From Prolixibacteraceae bacterium (GTDB lineage: Bacteria > Bacteroidota > Bacteroidia > Bacteroidales > Prolixibacteraceae), in assembly GCA_963676535.2 (NCBI GenBank), contig CAXXKQ010000037.1, positions 15,613 to 79,612 on the forward strand: DNA of 64,000 nucleotides, read 5' to 3'. Every line of letters starts with the position of its first letter. The stretch's first letter is position 1. The notes beneath the pieces are model-generated. The model searched no databases, was not told where the DNA came from, and worked only from the letters and a program-made list of their open reading frames with translations. This document shows positions 10,063-19,685 of this stretch, in pieces. A program made the position numbers and the translations under genes.

Positions 10063-10698
10063 ATGATTGAACAAATTCAACTCGAAGTTACAAAGAAACT
10101 GCTTCAGATTAACACCATAAAAGTTCAGCCCAATAATCCGTTTACCTGGGCTTCGGGCTGGAAAGCCCCGATATACTGCGACAACCGCAAAATTATGTCT
10201 TATCCGGAAGAACGGACCTTCATCTGTAGTCAGTTCTGCAAAATCATCCGCGACAAATATCCGCAGGTTGAAGTGATTGCCGGAGTTGCCACCGGAGCAA
10301 TTGCCCATGGAATGCTGGTGGCCCAGGAACTTGGATTGCCATTCATTTATGTTCGCTCCAAACCGAAAGATCACGGGTTGGAAAATCTGATTGAAGGTGA
10401 TATGAAAGCCGGACAAAAAGTGGTAATTATTGAAGACCTGGTTTCAACCGGGGTAAGTAGCCTGAAAGCAGCAGATGCCATAACCAATTTTGGCGGCGAT
10501 GTGTTGGGAATGCTGGCCATTTTTACCTATAATTTTCCACATGCACGCAAAAACTTTGCTGATGCCGGACTGGAACTAACTGCTTTGAGTCGCTATCAGG
10601 TGCTGATTGATCTGGCACTCGAATCAGGCGATGTGAAACCGGAAGAAGTTGAAAAACTCAACAAATGGCGCGAACAGCCTGAAAGCTGGGGAAAATAA
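10063..10698 (+). CDS. pyrE: orotate phosphoribosyltransferase
   Basis: 211-aa ORF with PRPP-binding motif VVIIEDLVSTGVSS and the ASGWKAPIYCDNR segment typical of PyrE. Confidence 0.93.
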   Translation: MIEQIQLEVTKKLLQINTIKVQPNNPFTWASGWKAPIYCDNRKIMSYPEERTFICSQFCKIIRDKYPQVEVIAGVATGAIAHGMLVAQELGLPFIYVRSKPKDHGLENLIEGDMKAGQKVVIIEDLVSTGVSSLKAADAITNFGGDVLGMLAIFTYNFPHARKNFADAGLELTALSRYQVLIDLALESGDVKPEEVEKLNKWREQPESWGK

Positions 10699-10720
10699 CA
10701 CAATCTAAAAATCCAATACC

Positions 10721-10755
10721 TCCCCTTTTCTGATCGGAAAAGGGGATTTTTATTT
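10721..10755 (+). terminator. rho-independent terminator downstream of pyrE
   Basis: Perfect 9-bp stem TCCCCTTTT / AAAAGGGGA with an 8-nt loop, followed by TTTTTATTT. Confidence 0.7.
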
Positions 10756-10779
10756 CAATCACCATTTACGAAACGCATT

Positions 10780-11229
10780 ATGTCAGAAACCAAATATGTC
10801 AGCGAAATAAAAACCGTTTACCACAACCAGGAAGTCATTTTCAACTATCTGTCGAACTTTGAAAATCTTTCGAAATACGTGAACGAAGGACTTTTGGCAA
10901 AAATGACCGAACAAGTTCCTCAAATCCAGATTTCGAATTTTGAATCGGATGCTGATTCATGCCGGTTCCAGATTAGTGGTATGGGCCTGGCTGAAATACG
11001 GATTGTTGAACGCGAACCGCACAAAACCATCAAAGTGAGCAGCAGCGGAAGTTTACCGGTCAGCATTGTTTTCTGGATTCAGCTACTGCCTGTGGCTGCC
11101 TACGAAACCAAACTCCGCCTGACTTTGGCTGCCGACATGAGTATGATGATCAAAATGCTTGTCAATAAAAAGCTGGAAGAAGGGATCAACAGGCTGGCCG
11201 ACATGTTGGCTAGTTTACCTTATAAGTAG
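10780..11229 (+). CDS. SRPBCC-superfamily protein (function unknown)
   Basis: 149-aa soluble ORF. Size and alternating beta/long C-terminal helix pattern are consistent with the SRPBCC fold. No catalytic motif recognised. Confidence 0.5.
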   Translation: MSETKYVSEIKTVYHNQEVIFNYLSNFENLSKYVNEGLLAKMTEQVPQIQISNFESDADSCRFQISGMGLAEIRIVEREPHKTIKVSSSGSLPVSIVFWIQLLPVAAYETKLRLTLAADMSMMIKMLVNKKLEEGINRLADMLASLPYK

Positions 11230-11258
11230 TAATCAGTTTTCAGCATCACTTTTAAGAT

Positions 11259-12008
11259 TCAGAAAATTTGGAATTCAACTTCCTTGAAGTGAAACTCACG
11301 GATGATTCCATCAGTTGTTTTGATCTGTAATTGCCCGATCTCATTGACACCGATGATATCACCCTCAAAAACTTCGGATTCTGCTTTAAACCGATGTCTT
11401 TCATTTAACCGGTAAAGTACTGAAATGAATTCCTGATCAATCAGATCATCTTCTCCACTGCGCAAAAGCGAGTAGTAATGATTAATACCGGCTAAAACAT
11501 TCTGTAGAATGACTTCGCAATCGTAATGCTGATTTGTCAGCATTTGCATCGAAACCGGATTGGGGGCATTGCTCCTGAAAACAGTCTGGTTCACATTCAA
11601 TCCGACACCGATCACCGAACTTTTCAGCAGTCCGTTCATAATCGAATTTTCAATCAGGATTCCACCTAATTTCAGATTGCCGGCATAAATATCGTTCGGC
11701 CATTTAATTTTTAAATCGTCAACGTACTTATTCAAAGTATGATAAATACCAAGCGTGACTACTTTTGAAAGTATGAATTGTCGTCGGATTTCAAGAAAAT
11801 CAGGATACAGCACCAACGAAAATGTCAGGTTTTTTCCGGGTTCGCTTTCCCAGAAATTTTTCATCTGGCCGCGTCCGGCTGATTGCCCGTATGCCAAAAA
11901 GACAGTACCTTCGGGTATTGTCTTTTCCCTGATTTGGCCGTTGGCATAGTTGTTGGTAGAATCAACCGTCTGAAGACGGACAATCTGATTTTCGGGGATA
12001 TGGATCAT
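11259..12008 (-). CDS. birA: biotin--[acetyl-CoA-carboxylase] ligase (group I, no HTH domain)
   Basis: 249-aa ORF with GRGQMKNFWESEPGKNL (GRGRxGR-type biotin/ATP loop) and KWPNDIY. Confidence 0.88.
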   Translation of the reverse strand: MIHIPENQIVRLQTVDSTNNYANGQIREKTIPEGTVFLAYGQSAGRGQMKNFWESEPGKNLTFSLVLYPDFLEIRRQFILSKVVTLGIYHTLNKYVDDLKIKWPNDIYAGNLKLGGILIENSIMNGLLKSSVIGVGLNVNQTVFRSNAPNPVSMQMLTNQHYDCEVILQNVLAGINHYYSLLRSGEDDLIDQEFISVLYRLNERHRFKAESEVFEGDIIGVNEIGQLQIKTTDGIIREFHFKEVEFQIF

Positions 12009-12091
12009 TTTTCGATGTTAAATTTGTGTTTCCTGATTTCAACCTGATTTTCGTCGTACAAGTTTAATCACTTACTATAAACTAAAAAATT

Positions 12092-12099
12092 TATCTTTG
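12092..12099 (+). promoter_or_regulatory. candidate Bacteroidota -7 promoter box (TAnnTTTG) for rsfS-ftsH
   Basis: TATCTTTG lies 19 nt upstream of the rsfS ATG and matches the TAnnTTTG consensus. No clean -33 TTTG at ideal spacing. Confidence 0.35.
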
Positions 12100-12117
12100 T
12101 AGGTCTAATAAAAATTT

Positions 12118-12495
12118 ATGAGTAAAAGCGTTATAGAAACTGAAACTGAACAATTGATTGATGCCATTGTTGAAGGAATTCAAAGAAAGAAAGGCGTCGA
12201 TATCATCAAAATCGACCTGACCAAAATTAATCACACTGAATGTAAATATTTCATTATATGTCACGGAAACTCCAATACCCAGGTTGATGCAATTGCCCGT
12301 TCGGTCGAAGAAACCGTTGAAGAACTGATCAACGAAAAGGCATGGCATGTAGATGGTTACCGAAATTCAATCTGGGTTTTACTTGATTATGCTGACATTA
12401 TGGTACACGTCTTTCAGAAAGAAGCCCGCAAGTTTTATGATCTCGAAAACCTTTGGGCCGATGCACACATTGAACAAATAGAAGAAAACAACTAA
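12118..12495 (+). CDS. rsfS: ribosome silencing factor RsfS
   Basis: 125-aa ORF typical of RsfS/iojap (ICHGNSNTQVDAIARSV, WVLLDYADIMVHVF). Confidence 0.9.
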   Translation: MSKSVIETETEQLIDAIVEGIQRKKGVDIIKIDLTKINHTECKYFIICHGNSNTQVDAIARSVEETVEELINEKAWHVDGYRNSIWVLLDYADIMVHVFQKEARKFYDLENLWADAHIEQIEENN

Positions 12496-12499
12496 TAAA

Positions 12500-14524
12500 A
12501 TGGCAGAAAATAACAACAATAAAGAAAAACCAAATTTTGGCAACATGAGGCCAATGAACAAAGCTCCCAAAATCAATCCTTACTGGATTTACGGAGTAAT
12601 TATCATTGCCTTTCTCGCAATTCAATGGTTCACCCTGGGCGGGGGCCCGGTTGAAACCAACTGGAAAGATGTAAAAACCAACATGCTTCCCACCAACGAC
12701 ATCAAAAAGATTATCGTGGTGAACGAAAAAGAAGCACAGATTTATTTGAAAGAAACCAGTTACGACAAATATTCCGCAAAACTCAACAATGGGTTTTCGG
12801 CGCCGGCCAAAACCGGACCTCACTTTTTTTTCACGATCGGATCGGTTGATTCGTTCGAAAAGAACCTTCAGGAAGCACAATCTCAATTCTCTGAAGAAAA
12901 TAAAATCAGTGTTGAATACAAGACCGTTCACAATTACCTGGGCGAACTCCTTAACTGGGTACTTCCGTTTGCTATCATCATTTTACTCTGGTGGTGGATT
13001 TTTAAACGAATGAGTAAAGGTTCGGGCGGTGGAGGAGCCGGAAATATTTTCAACGTGGGAAAATCGCAGGCCAAAGTTTTCGATAAGGATTCCAGAGTCT
13101 CAACTAACTTCAAAGATGTTGCCGGTTTGGCCGAAGCCAAGCAGGAAGTGGAAGAAATTGTTGATTTTTTGAAAAGTCCGGCAAAATTCACCAAGCTTGG
13201 AGGTAAGATTCCGAAAGGAGCTTTGCTGGTTGGCCCTCCCGGAACCGGGAAAACATTGCTTGCCAAAGCCGTAGCAGGCGAAGCCAACGTGCCGTTTTTC
13301 TCCATGTCGGGTTCCGACTTTGTCGAAATGTTCGTAGGAGTTGGCGCTTCACGTGTTCGCGACCTGTTTAAACAGGCCAAAGAAAAAGCGCCCTGCATTG
13401 TTTTCATCGACGAAATTGATGCCATTGGACGTGCCCGCGGCAAGAACCCAAACTTCGGCTCAAACGACGAACGCGAAAATACGCTAAACCAGTTGTTGAC
13501 TGAAATGGACGGCTTCGACACCAATTCAGGAGTTATCATTCTGGCAGCCACCAACCGCGCCGACATTCTCGACCGGGCTTTGATGCGTGCCGGACGTTTC
13601 GACCGCCAGATTCACGTGGAATTACCCGACCTGAACGAACGTCAGGAGATTTTCAGTGTCCACCTGAAACCCATCAAACTTTCACCGGAAGTTGATCCGG
13701 CATTTCTGGCTAAACAAACGCCAGGATTTTCGGGCGCCGACATTGCCAATGTTTGTAACGAATCGGCCCTGATTGCCGCCCGCAAAAACAAAGATATTGT
13801 TGACAAACAAGATTTTCTGGATGCAGTCGATCGGATTGTCGGTGGACTGGAAAAGAAAAATAAAATTATTACAGTAGATGAAAAACGCCGGATTGCCTAC
13901 CATGAGGCCGGTCATGCTACCATCAGCTGGCTGCTCGAACATGCTCATCCGCTGGTAAAAGTGACCATTGTACCGCGTGGAAAGGCTCTGGGCGCAGCCT
14001 GGTATTTACCCGAAGAACGCTCTATAACCACCAAAGACCAGTTGCTCGACGAAATGTGCTCGGCTCTGGGAGGTCGTGCTGCCGAACAAATTGCGTTCAA
14101 CAGCATTTCATCCGGAGCTCAGAACGATCTTGAAAAAATAACCAAACAAGCTTACGCAATGGTTAGTATTTTCGGAATGAGTGAAAAAGTCGGAAATGTG
14201 AGCTACTATGATTCATCAGGTCAGAATGAGTATGCGTTCAGCAAACCATACAGCGAAAAAACTGCTGAACTGATCGATGCTGAATCGAAACTTATGATTG
14301 AGACGCAGTATCTCAGAGCGGTTGATGTGTTGACTAAAAACAAGGAAGGGCATCAGAAGCTTGCAGAACTTCTGCTGGATAAGGAAGTTATCTTTAGCGA
14401 AGACCTGGAACACATTTTTGGAAAACGCCAGTGGAAAACGCCGACGCTGGTTGCTGAAACAAAAAAAGAACCGGCGGCTGAATTACCTGAAGACACTGAA
14501 ATCAGTAGCGAAGTAACCGCATAA
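12500..14524 (+). CDS. ftsH: ATP-dependent zinc metalloprotease FtsH
   Basis: 674-aa ORF with Walker [14 protein letters not shown], Walker [12 protein letters not shown] and Zn site HEAGHA. Confidence 0.97.
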   Translation: MAENNNNKEKPNFGNMRPMNKAPKINPYWIYGVIIIAFLAIQWFTLGGGPVETNWKDVKTNMLPTNDIKKIIVVNEKEAQIYLKETSYDKYSAKLNNGFSAPAKTGPHFFFTIGSVDSFEKNLQEAQSQFSEENKISVEYKTVHNYLGELLNWVLPFAIIILLWWWIFKRMSKGSGGGGAGNIFNVGKSQAKVFDKDSRVSTNFKDVAGLAEAKQEVEEIVDFLKSPAKFTKLGGKIPKGALLVGPPGTGKTLLAKAVAGEANVPFFSMSGSDFVEMFVGVGASRVRDLFKQAKEKAPCIVFIDEIDAIGRARGKNPNFGSNDERENTLNQLLTEMDGFDTNSGVIILAATNRADILDRALMRAGRFDRQIHVELPDLNERQEIFSVHLKPIKLSPEVDPAFLAKQTPGFSGADIANVCNESALIAARKNKDIVDKQDFLDAVDRIVGGLEKKNKIITVDEKRRIAYHEAGHATISWLLEHAHPLVKVTIVPRGKALGAAWYLPEERSITTKDQLLDEMCSALGGRAAEQIAFNSISSGAQNDLEKITKQAYAMVSIFGMSEKVGNVSYYDSSGQNEYAFSKPYSEKTAELIDAESKLMIETQYLRAVDVLTKNKEGHQKLAELLLDKEVIFSEDLEHIFGKRQWKTPTLVAETKKEPAAELPEDTEISSEVTA

Positions 14525-15159
14525 TGAGCTCCGCCAGAGAAAATATTTTGGCCCGTTTAAAGGCTGCACAAAACCGAAGAGGTGACATTGAGGTGAACTA
14601 CCCCGATTTCACCTCTTCGGTTTACCATCAGCTTAACCCATCACTGACCACCGAATTCAAAACCAACCTGGAGCAAATTGGCGGAGAAGTCATACTTTGC
14701 CAGACCAAAGCAGAAATCACCAGTCAAATCAAACGTTTGTGTGATGAACGGAACCAAGATCACCTGTTTTGTACCGATCCTGCACTCAAACAACTGCTCA
14801 ACGGGGTTGTTAAAATCAATTCGAATGATGAAAATTTTCTGCAGCTGAATATTGGTCTGACCAGCTGCGAATTCCTAGTCGCCCACCTGGGTTCAGTTCT
14901 GATCAGTTCGGCACAGGTTTCGGGTCGCCGGTTATATGTTTTTCCCGAAACCCACCTGGTTGTTGCCCACCAATCGCAACTCACCAATTATTTGGACAAC
15001 GCCATGGAAAAATTGCAGGAAAAATATAAAAATGACTTACCTTCGTTAATCAGCAGTATTACGGGACCAAGCCGCACAGCCGACATTGAAAAAACGCTGG
15101 TGATGGGTATGCACGGTCCCAAATCGCTGATCGTCTTGATTTCTGAAGAACCAATTTAA
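14524..15159 (+). CDS. LUD-domain protein (LutC/YkgG family)
   Basis: 211-aa ORF whose C-terminal segment ITGPSRTADIEKTLVMGMHGPKSLIVLI is characteristic of LutC/YkgG. Confidence 0.75.
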   Translation: MSSARENILARLKAAQNRRGDIEVNYPDFTSSVYHQLNPSLTTEFKTNLEQIGGEVILCQTKAEITSQIKRLCDERNQDHLFCTDPALKQLLNGVVKINSNDENFLQLNIGLTSCEFLVAHLGSVLISSAQVSGRRLYVFPETHLVVAHQSQLTNYLDNAMEKLQEKYKNDLPSLISSITGPSRTADIEKTLVMGMHGPKSLIVLISEEPI

Positions 15160-15170
15160 AATTTGAAGGT

Positions 15171-15377
15171 ATGGAAAAAGATTGGGTATGTGTATTTCAC
15201 TCCGAGCAGGATTTTCAGGCTGAAATAGCTCGTGAAATACTGGAAAACGAAGAAATAAATTGTATCCTTCTCAATGAACGGGATTCAAATTTTCCGTCAA
15301 TTGGCGAAGTTGAGATTTGGGTTCACCAAAGTTTTGAGCAAAAGGCTCAGGAACTTCTAAAAGATTTAACCCGTTGA
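15171..15377 (+). CDS. small DUF2007-like protein
   Basis: 68-aa ORF that overlaps the cdsA start by 4 nt. Its size and acidic pattern resemble DUF2007 putative signal-transducing proteins. Confidence 0.5.
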   Translation: MEKDWVCVFHSEQDFQAEIAREILENEEINCILLNERDSNFPSIGEVEIWVHQSFEQKAQELLKDLTR

Positions 15378-16198
15378 AGAAATTAATTACGCGAACGATT
15401 ACCGGCATCGTTCTGGTTCTAGTCATGATTAGCGCAATCGTGGTCAGTCAGTATTCTTTTGCCCTTTTATTCCTTCTCATCCTGATTGGAAGTATTACCG
15501 AATTCATCAAATTGTTTGATCAGTCAGAGGTGAAACCTAACCGGTGGTTAAGTTACCTGGTTTCAGTCACTCTGTTTATTCTGGCATTTCTGGTTGCAAA
15601 AGGAATTCTCCAATTCACCTTTTTTTTAGGCATTTTCCCTCTGTTACTGGTAATGATGGCCGCCGAAATGTACCGAAAGAGCCAACGCCCACTCGAAAAC
15701 ATTGCCGTAAGTATTTTCAGTATCATTTATCTCGCCGTGCCTTTGTCGCTCATTAATTTTCTTGTATTTCCGACTATTTCTAATCAGCATGCCTATTCTG
15801 CACAATTCCTGATTTCCCTGTTTATTCTCATTTGGACATACGATTCTGGAGCTTACCTGTTTGGGGTATCCATGGGCAGGCACCGGCTTTTCGAGCGTAT
15901 TTCGCCAAAGAAATCATGGGAAGGCGCTGTTGGCGGAACATTAACGGCTATGGCGGCGGCTTATATCATTTCCACCTTTATTCCTGAAATAAAAACCATC
16001 CATTGGATCATTCTCAGTATCCTGATTGTCATATCGTCAACTTTTGGTGATTTGACTGAATCCATGTTTAAACGATATGTCGGAATTAAAGACAGTGGCC
16101 ATGTCCTTCCCGGTCATGGAGGAGTGCTCGATCGGTTTGATTCCTTGTTTTTTGCTACCCCGGTTATGGTCGCCTATTTAAAATTGTTCATCGAATAA
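15374..16198 (+). CDS. cdsA: phosphatidate cytidylyltransferase
   Basis: 274-aa multi-TM ORF with the CTP-transferase signature SPKKSWEGAVGG...GDLTESMFKRYVGIKDSGHVLPGHGGVLDRFDS. Confidence 0.9.
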   Translation: MKKLITRTITGIVLVLVMISAIVVSQYSFALLFLLILIGSITEFIKLFDQSEVKPNRWLSYLVSVTLFILAFLVAKGILQFTFFLGIFPLLLVMMAAEMYRKSQRPLENIAVSIFSIIYLAVPLSLINFLVFPTISNQHAYSAQFLISLFILIWTYDSGAYLFGVSMGRHRLFERISPKKSWEGAVGGTLTAMAAAYIISTFIPEIKTIHWIILSILIVISSTFGDLTESMFKRYVGIKDSGHVLPGHGGVLDRFDSLFFATPVMVAYLKLFIE

Positions 16199-16231
16199 TA
16201 AGGCTGACTGTTAAAAAGCTCAATTATTTGC

Positions 16232-16239
16232 TATTTTTG
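16232..16239 (+). promoter_or_regulatory. candidate -7 promoter box (TAnnTTTG) upstream of psd
   Basis: TATTTTTG lies 24 nt upstream of the psd ATG and matches TAnnTTTG. Confidence 0.3.
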
Positions 16240-16262
16240 AGCCTGAATCTTAAAGTTTATTC

Positions 16263-16916
16263 ATGAAAGTTCATAAAGCCGGCATCGTTACAATCAATTA
16301 TGCAACCGCAATTCTGGCGGGTCTTATCCTTATTTCATGGTTTTTCATTAAGGATCAGTCACTCAAGCTAGGCGTTCTGGCTTCTGCTTCACTGATTTAT
16401 TTTCTGGTCATTCAATTTTTCAGATATCCGCAACGGACAATTATTACCGACTCCAATGTAATCCTTTCGCCTGCCGACGGAAAAATCTGTGATATCCGCG
16501 AAACAATTGAAAACGAATACTTAAAAACCAAATGCCTGCAGGTTTCCATATTTATGTCGCCGACCAATGTTCACATTAACTGGATGCCGGTTCCCGGGAT
16601 CGTGACTTATATGAAGCACAAGGACGGCGAATTTTATGCGGCATTCAAAGATAAATCGGCCGAAGAAAACGAACGGACAACAACAGCAGTAAAAATCAAC
16701 GACGGACGTGAAATTGTGATGCGTCAGGTTGCCGGAGCGATGGCCCGCCGGATTATCAACTATGTTGCCGTTGGCGACCGTGTTGATCAAACCACCGAAC
16801 TCGGGTTTATCCGCTTTGGTTCACGGGTCGATTTGTACCTTCCCCTCGACACCAGACTAAAAATTAAACTGAACGACAAAGTCGTCGGATCGCAAACCAT
16901 TATCGGGGAGATTTAA
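16263..16916 (+). CDS. psd: phosphatidylserine decarboxylase family proenzyme
   Basis: 217-aa ORF with a short-form Psd and the self-cleavage region LGFIRFGSRVDLYLP (G-S site). Confidence 0.88.
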   Translation: MKVHKAGIVTINYATAILAGLILISWFFIKDQSLKLGVLASASLIYFLVIQFFRYPQRTIITDSNVILSPADGKICDIRETIENEYLKTKCLQVSIFMSPTNVHINWMPVPGIVTYMKHKDGEFYAAFKDKSAEENERTTTAVKINDGREIVMRQVAGAMARRIINYVAVGDRVDQTTELGFIRFGSRVDLYLPLDTRLKIKLNDKVVGSQTIIGEI

Positions 16917-16919
16917 TCC

Positions 16920-17672
16920 ATGAGCCAAATCAGCCGCATATTTTTCTGGGTCCCCAATACCATTACAGCGTTAAACCTGGTTTGTGGCAGCCTGTCGGTA
17001 TTTTTTGCCGTTGATGGTCAACTGGGCTGGGCTGCTGTCTTTATTTTTGCCGCCTCAGTTTTTGATTTCTTAGATGGATTTTCGGCTCGTTTGCTGAAAG
17101 CCTATTCATCTATCGGCAAAGAACTCGACTCGCTGGCCGATCTGGTTTCATTTGGGCTGGCCCCTGCCGCTATGGTGTTTACCATGCTCCAGCTCTCATT
17201 ATTTGGTAGATTTCAGGCTATTCAGGAAATTGAAGCCACATGGAGCCAGTGGATTATTCTGTTTACCAGTCTGGTATTAACTGTTGCAGGAGCATTCAGG
17301 CTGGCCAAATTCAATACTGACGATCGCCAGAGCGAACAGTTTCTGGGAATGCCAATCCCAGCCAATGCCATCTTTTTTGCTTCCCTGGGATTAATCTTTG
17401 AACTGGGGACCAAACAAAATATTGTACCCATCATTCTGAATAAATACGTGCTGCTTTCATCCGTGTTTATCTGCTCATTCCTGATGGTTTCCGAATTACC
17501 GATGTTTTCGCTGAAATTCAAAAACCTTAGTCTAAAAGACAATGCCATCAGGTTTCTATTTTTGGGAATTACTATCTTGATGCTGATTTTTCTCCAGATT
17601 TATGCTTTGCCCTTGATTATTATCTGGTATATTTTACTCTCTGCAATCAGTTATCTGGTCGGGAACAACTAA
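16920..17672 (+). CDS. pssA: CDP-diacylglycerol--serine O-phosphatidyltransferase
   Basis: 250-aa multi-TM ORF with the CDP-alcohol phosphatidyltransferase motif DFLDGFSARLLKAYSSIGKELDSLADLVSFG. Confidence 0.88.
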   Translation: MSQISRIFFWVPNTITALNLVCGSLSVFFAVDGQLGWAAVFIFAASVFDFLDGFSARLLKAYSSIGKELDSLADLVSFGLAPAAMVFTMLQLSLFGRFQAIQEIEATWSQWIILFTSLVLTVAGAFRLAKFNTDDRQSEQFLGMPIPANAIFFASLGLIFELGTKQNIVPIILNKYVLLSSVFICSFLMVSELPMFSLKFKNLSLKDNAIRFLFLGITILMLIFLQIYALPLIIIWYILLSAISYLVGNN

Positions 17673-17698
17673 ATCCTTTCAAAATAATATTCAATAAT

Positions 17699-17732
17699 AA
17701 GCGCCTCGGAAGAGGCGCTTATTTAGTTTTTT
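17699..17732 (+). terminator. rho-independent terminator after pssA
   Basis: Stem AAGCGCCTC / GAGGCGCTT with a GGAA loop, followed by ATTTAGTTTTTT. Confidence 0.75.
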
Positions 17733-17791
17733 CAGGTCCGAATGGTTTTAACTTCCGGGGCACATGCGATTAAAAACCACGCAGCAGTGAA

Positions 17792-17828
17792 TAAAAAAAC
17801 CTTCAAAGCTTCGATCGCCTTGAAGGTT
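17792..17828 (-). terminator. rho-independent terminator after the Spy-like gene (minus strand)
   Basis: Stem AACCTTCAA / TTGAAGGTT with a 13-nt loop (17807-17819). A T7 run follows on the minus strand (A-run 17793-17799 on plus). Confidence 0.6.
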
Positions 17829-17853
17829 CATTATTTCAATTTCAGAAATATTA

Positions 17854-18243
17854 TTATTGACCGCGTTGCTGCATCCGTTTGGCACGTTCTTCAGCTTGTT
17901 TCTTGCGGTAAGCATCCAGTTTCACACCTTGTTCCGGAGTCAATACTGCTTTTAACTGTTTGTCAGTTTCTGCCTGCATTTTGTTCCGGTCTTCGCGCAT
18001 TTTGTCGCGGTCCATCGTTCCACCTGCTTCACGCATTTTGGCAAATGCCTCCGACTGTTTCTTCTGTGCTTCAGTGATAATCGGTGTAACTTTTGCAAGC
18101 TGATCTTTGGTAAGTCCTAATTCAGTAGTCAAACCATCCAATTCTCTTTGCAGCCTTGCAGCAGGATCGCCGCCACCTGGTTGAGCAAAACTGGAACCGA
18201 TGGCAAAAAAAGTCACTAAAATAACCATTAATAATTTTTTCAT
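17854..18243 (-). CDS. periplasmic Spy/CpxP-like protein (LTxxQ repeats)
   Basis: 129-aa ORF with a signal peptide. It is helical and charged, with two LTxxQ motifs (LTKDQ, LTPEQ). Confidence 0.55.
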   Translation of the reverse strand: MKKLLMVILVTFFAIGSSFAQPGGGDPAARLQRELDGLTTELGLTKDQLAKVTPIITEAQKKQSEAFAKMREAGGTMDRDKMREDRNKMQAETDKQLKAVLTPEQGVKLDAYRKKQAEERAKRMQQRGQ

Positions 18244-18331
18244 GATTTTAGGTTTTTAAAATTCTGTGCTTTGACTAGTCTCACTTGAATTGGTTTAACC
18301 TGAAGGTGAATTTGTTAGCATCCAAATAGTT

Positions 18332-18469
18332 TTATTTATCCGGATTGGCTTTTTTCAAAGGCTTTTCCAGCAATGCTTCGTATTTGAAGACGGTATATTT
18401 AACCAGCTGATAGGAAATAACCACCAGTACGGGCCAGCTCAAAAACCATAAAATTGAATTCCAGTACAT
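18332..18469 (-). CDS. unlisted 45-aa single-TM ORF downstream of cydB (candidate cytochrome bd accessory small subunit)
   Basis: Manual translation gives MYWNSILWFLSWPVLVVISYQLVKYTVFKYEALLEKPLKKANPDK, one hydrophobic helix plus a basic tail. It lies 85 nt downstream of cydB on the same strand. Confidence 0.35.
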   Translation of the reverse strand: MYWNSILWFLSWPVLVVISYQLVKYTVFKYEALLEKPLKKANPDK

Positions 18470-18554
18470 AGCTAATTTATTAGTGATGATTTACTATTGA
18501 CTATTTTTCATTGTCCATTTTCCATTTCGAATTGATCATTGACAATTGATCATT

Positions 18555-19685
18555 TTAATAAGTATGGTGTTCCTGTTCGAGTTCTTCCGTGCTGATTTTT
18601 TTGCTGTTCATGGCTTTCCATGCATACCAGATGTAACCTAAAACAATCGGCACAAACAGCGAGACATAGCTCATTGCCGTCAGCGTAAACTTGCTTGATG
18701 AAGCATTTTCGATGGTCAGCGACGACTGCGCATCGAGCAGCGACGGATAGAAACTGGTGCGGTTAAAACCTGCCAGAATCAGCAATGCCCAAACTGTAAG
18801 AACAGTTCCCCCGCCAGCGTACCAGATACCTTTGGTTCCGCCTTTCAGGAGCGTTGAACCAATTCCGAATAATACACCCGCAACACCGGCCAGAAGCATC
18901 AAAGTATTGACAGGCATAGCCAGCAGGTTATGCAGGTATTTGTATGATTCGGTGAATACTTCTCCGGTATCAGGTTTATAGGAAAACCCATCTTTAAAAA
19001 GAAGCGCAATCACAAAATACAGGAAGAACAGCAGGAACGGAATTGTATTGTACAGCAAATGTTTTTTGGACCGTTCGTAAATTCCGACATGATCAACAGA
19101 GTTCATAAAGTACAACAAACCCAGCACCCGCGCCAGAAACAGCACCGCCAGACCGAGCGCCAGGTTATGAAATGTCAGTAAAGCTTCCAGTCCGCGGAAA
19201 GGTGTTCCCCAGGTTACCCGGTTCATATCATCAAGCGAAAACTGTGCGCCGTTAAAGAATGTTCCAACGGCAGTTCCAACCAGGAGCGGCCCAAGTAATC
19301 CGTTCAGGAAAAGGAATACCTCGTAAGTTCCGGAACCTAAAAAATTAGCAGGCTTCTTCCGGAATTCATACGAAACGGCCTGAATGACGAACGAGATCAG
19401 GATGGCAAACCAAACCCAGTAGGCGCCGCCAAACGAAGTGGCATAGAACAGCGGAAACGATGCGAAGAATGCGCCGCCGAAGGTAACCAGCGTGGTGAAG
19501 GTAAACTCCCATTTCCGTCCGAGTGTATTGATTAAAAGTGTTTTCTCGGTTTCGTTTTTGGCGATGGTAAACAGCAAGGTTCCTCCGCCTTGTACAAAGC
19601 TCAGAAATACGAACAGCGCGCCCAGCAGCGTTACAATCAGCCACCAGTATTGCTGCAAACTTAACAGTGAAAAGGTTTCAAACAT
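18555..19685 (-). CDS. cydB: cytochrome d ubiquinol oxidase subunit II
   Basis: Multi-TM ORF directly after cydA. The likely start MFETFSLLSLQQYWW at 19685 overlaps the cydA stop (ATGTTTGA). The ORF-track start at 19700 is an upstream alternative. Confidence 0.9.
   Translation of the reverse strand: MFETFSLLSLQQYWWLIVTLLGALFVFLSFVQGGGTLLFTIAKNETEKTLLINTLGRKWEFTFTTLVTFGGAFFASFPLFYATSFGGAYWVWFAILISFVIQAVSYEFRKKPANFLGSGTYEVFLFLNGLLGPLLVGTAVGTFFNGAQFSLDDMNRVTWGTPFRGLEALLTFHNLALGLAVLFLARVLGLLYFMNSVDHVGIYERSKKHLLYNTIPFLLFFLYFVIALLFKDGFSYKPDTGEVFTESYKYLHNLLAMPVNTLMLLAGVAGVLFGIGSTLLKGGTKGIWYAGGGTVLTVWALLILAGFNRTSFYPSLLDAQSSLTIENASSSKFTLTAMSYVSLFVPIVLGYIWYAWKAMNSKKISTEELEQEHHTY

Noticed and set aside
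12398-13566. Long minus-strand ORFs (177 and 210 aa) inside ftsH
   Set aside because: They are antisense shadows of a highly conserved gene, and the FtsH motifs are unambiguous on the plus strand.
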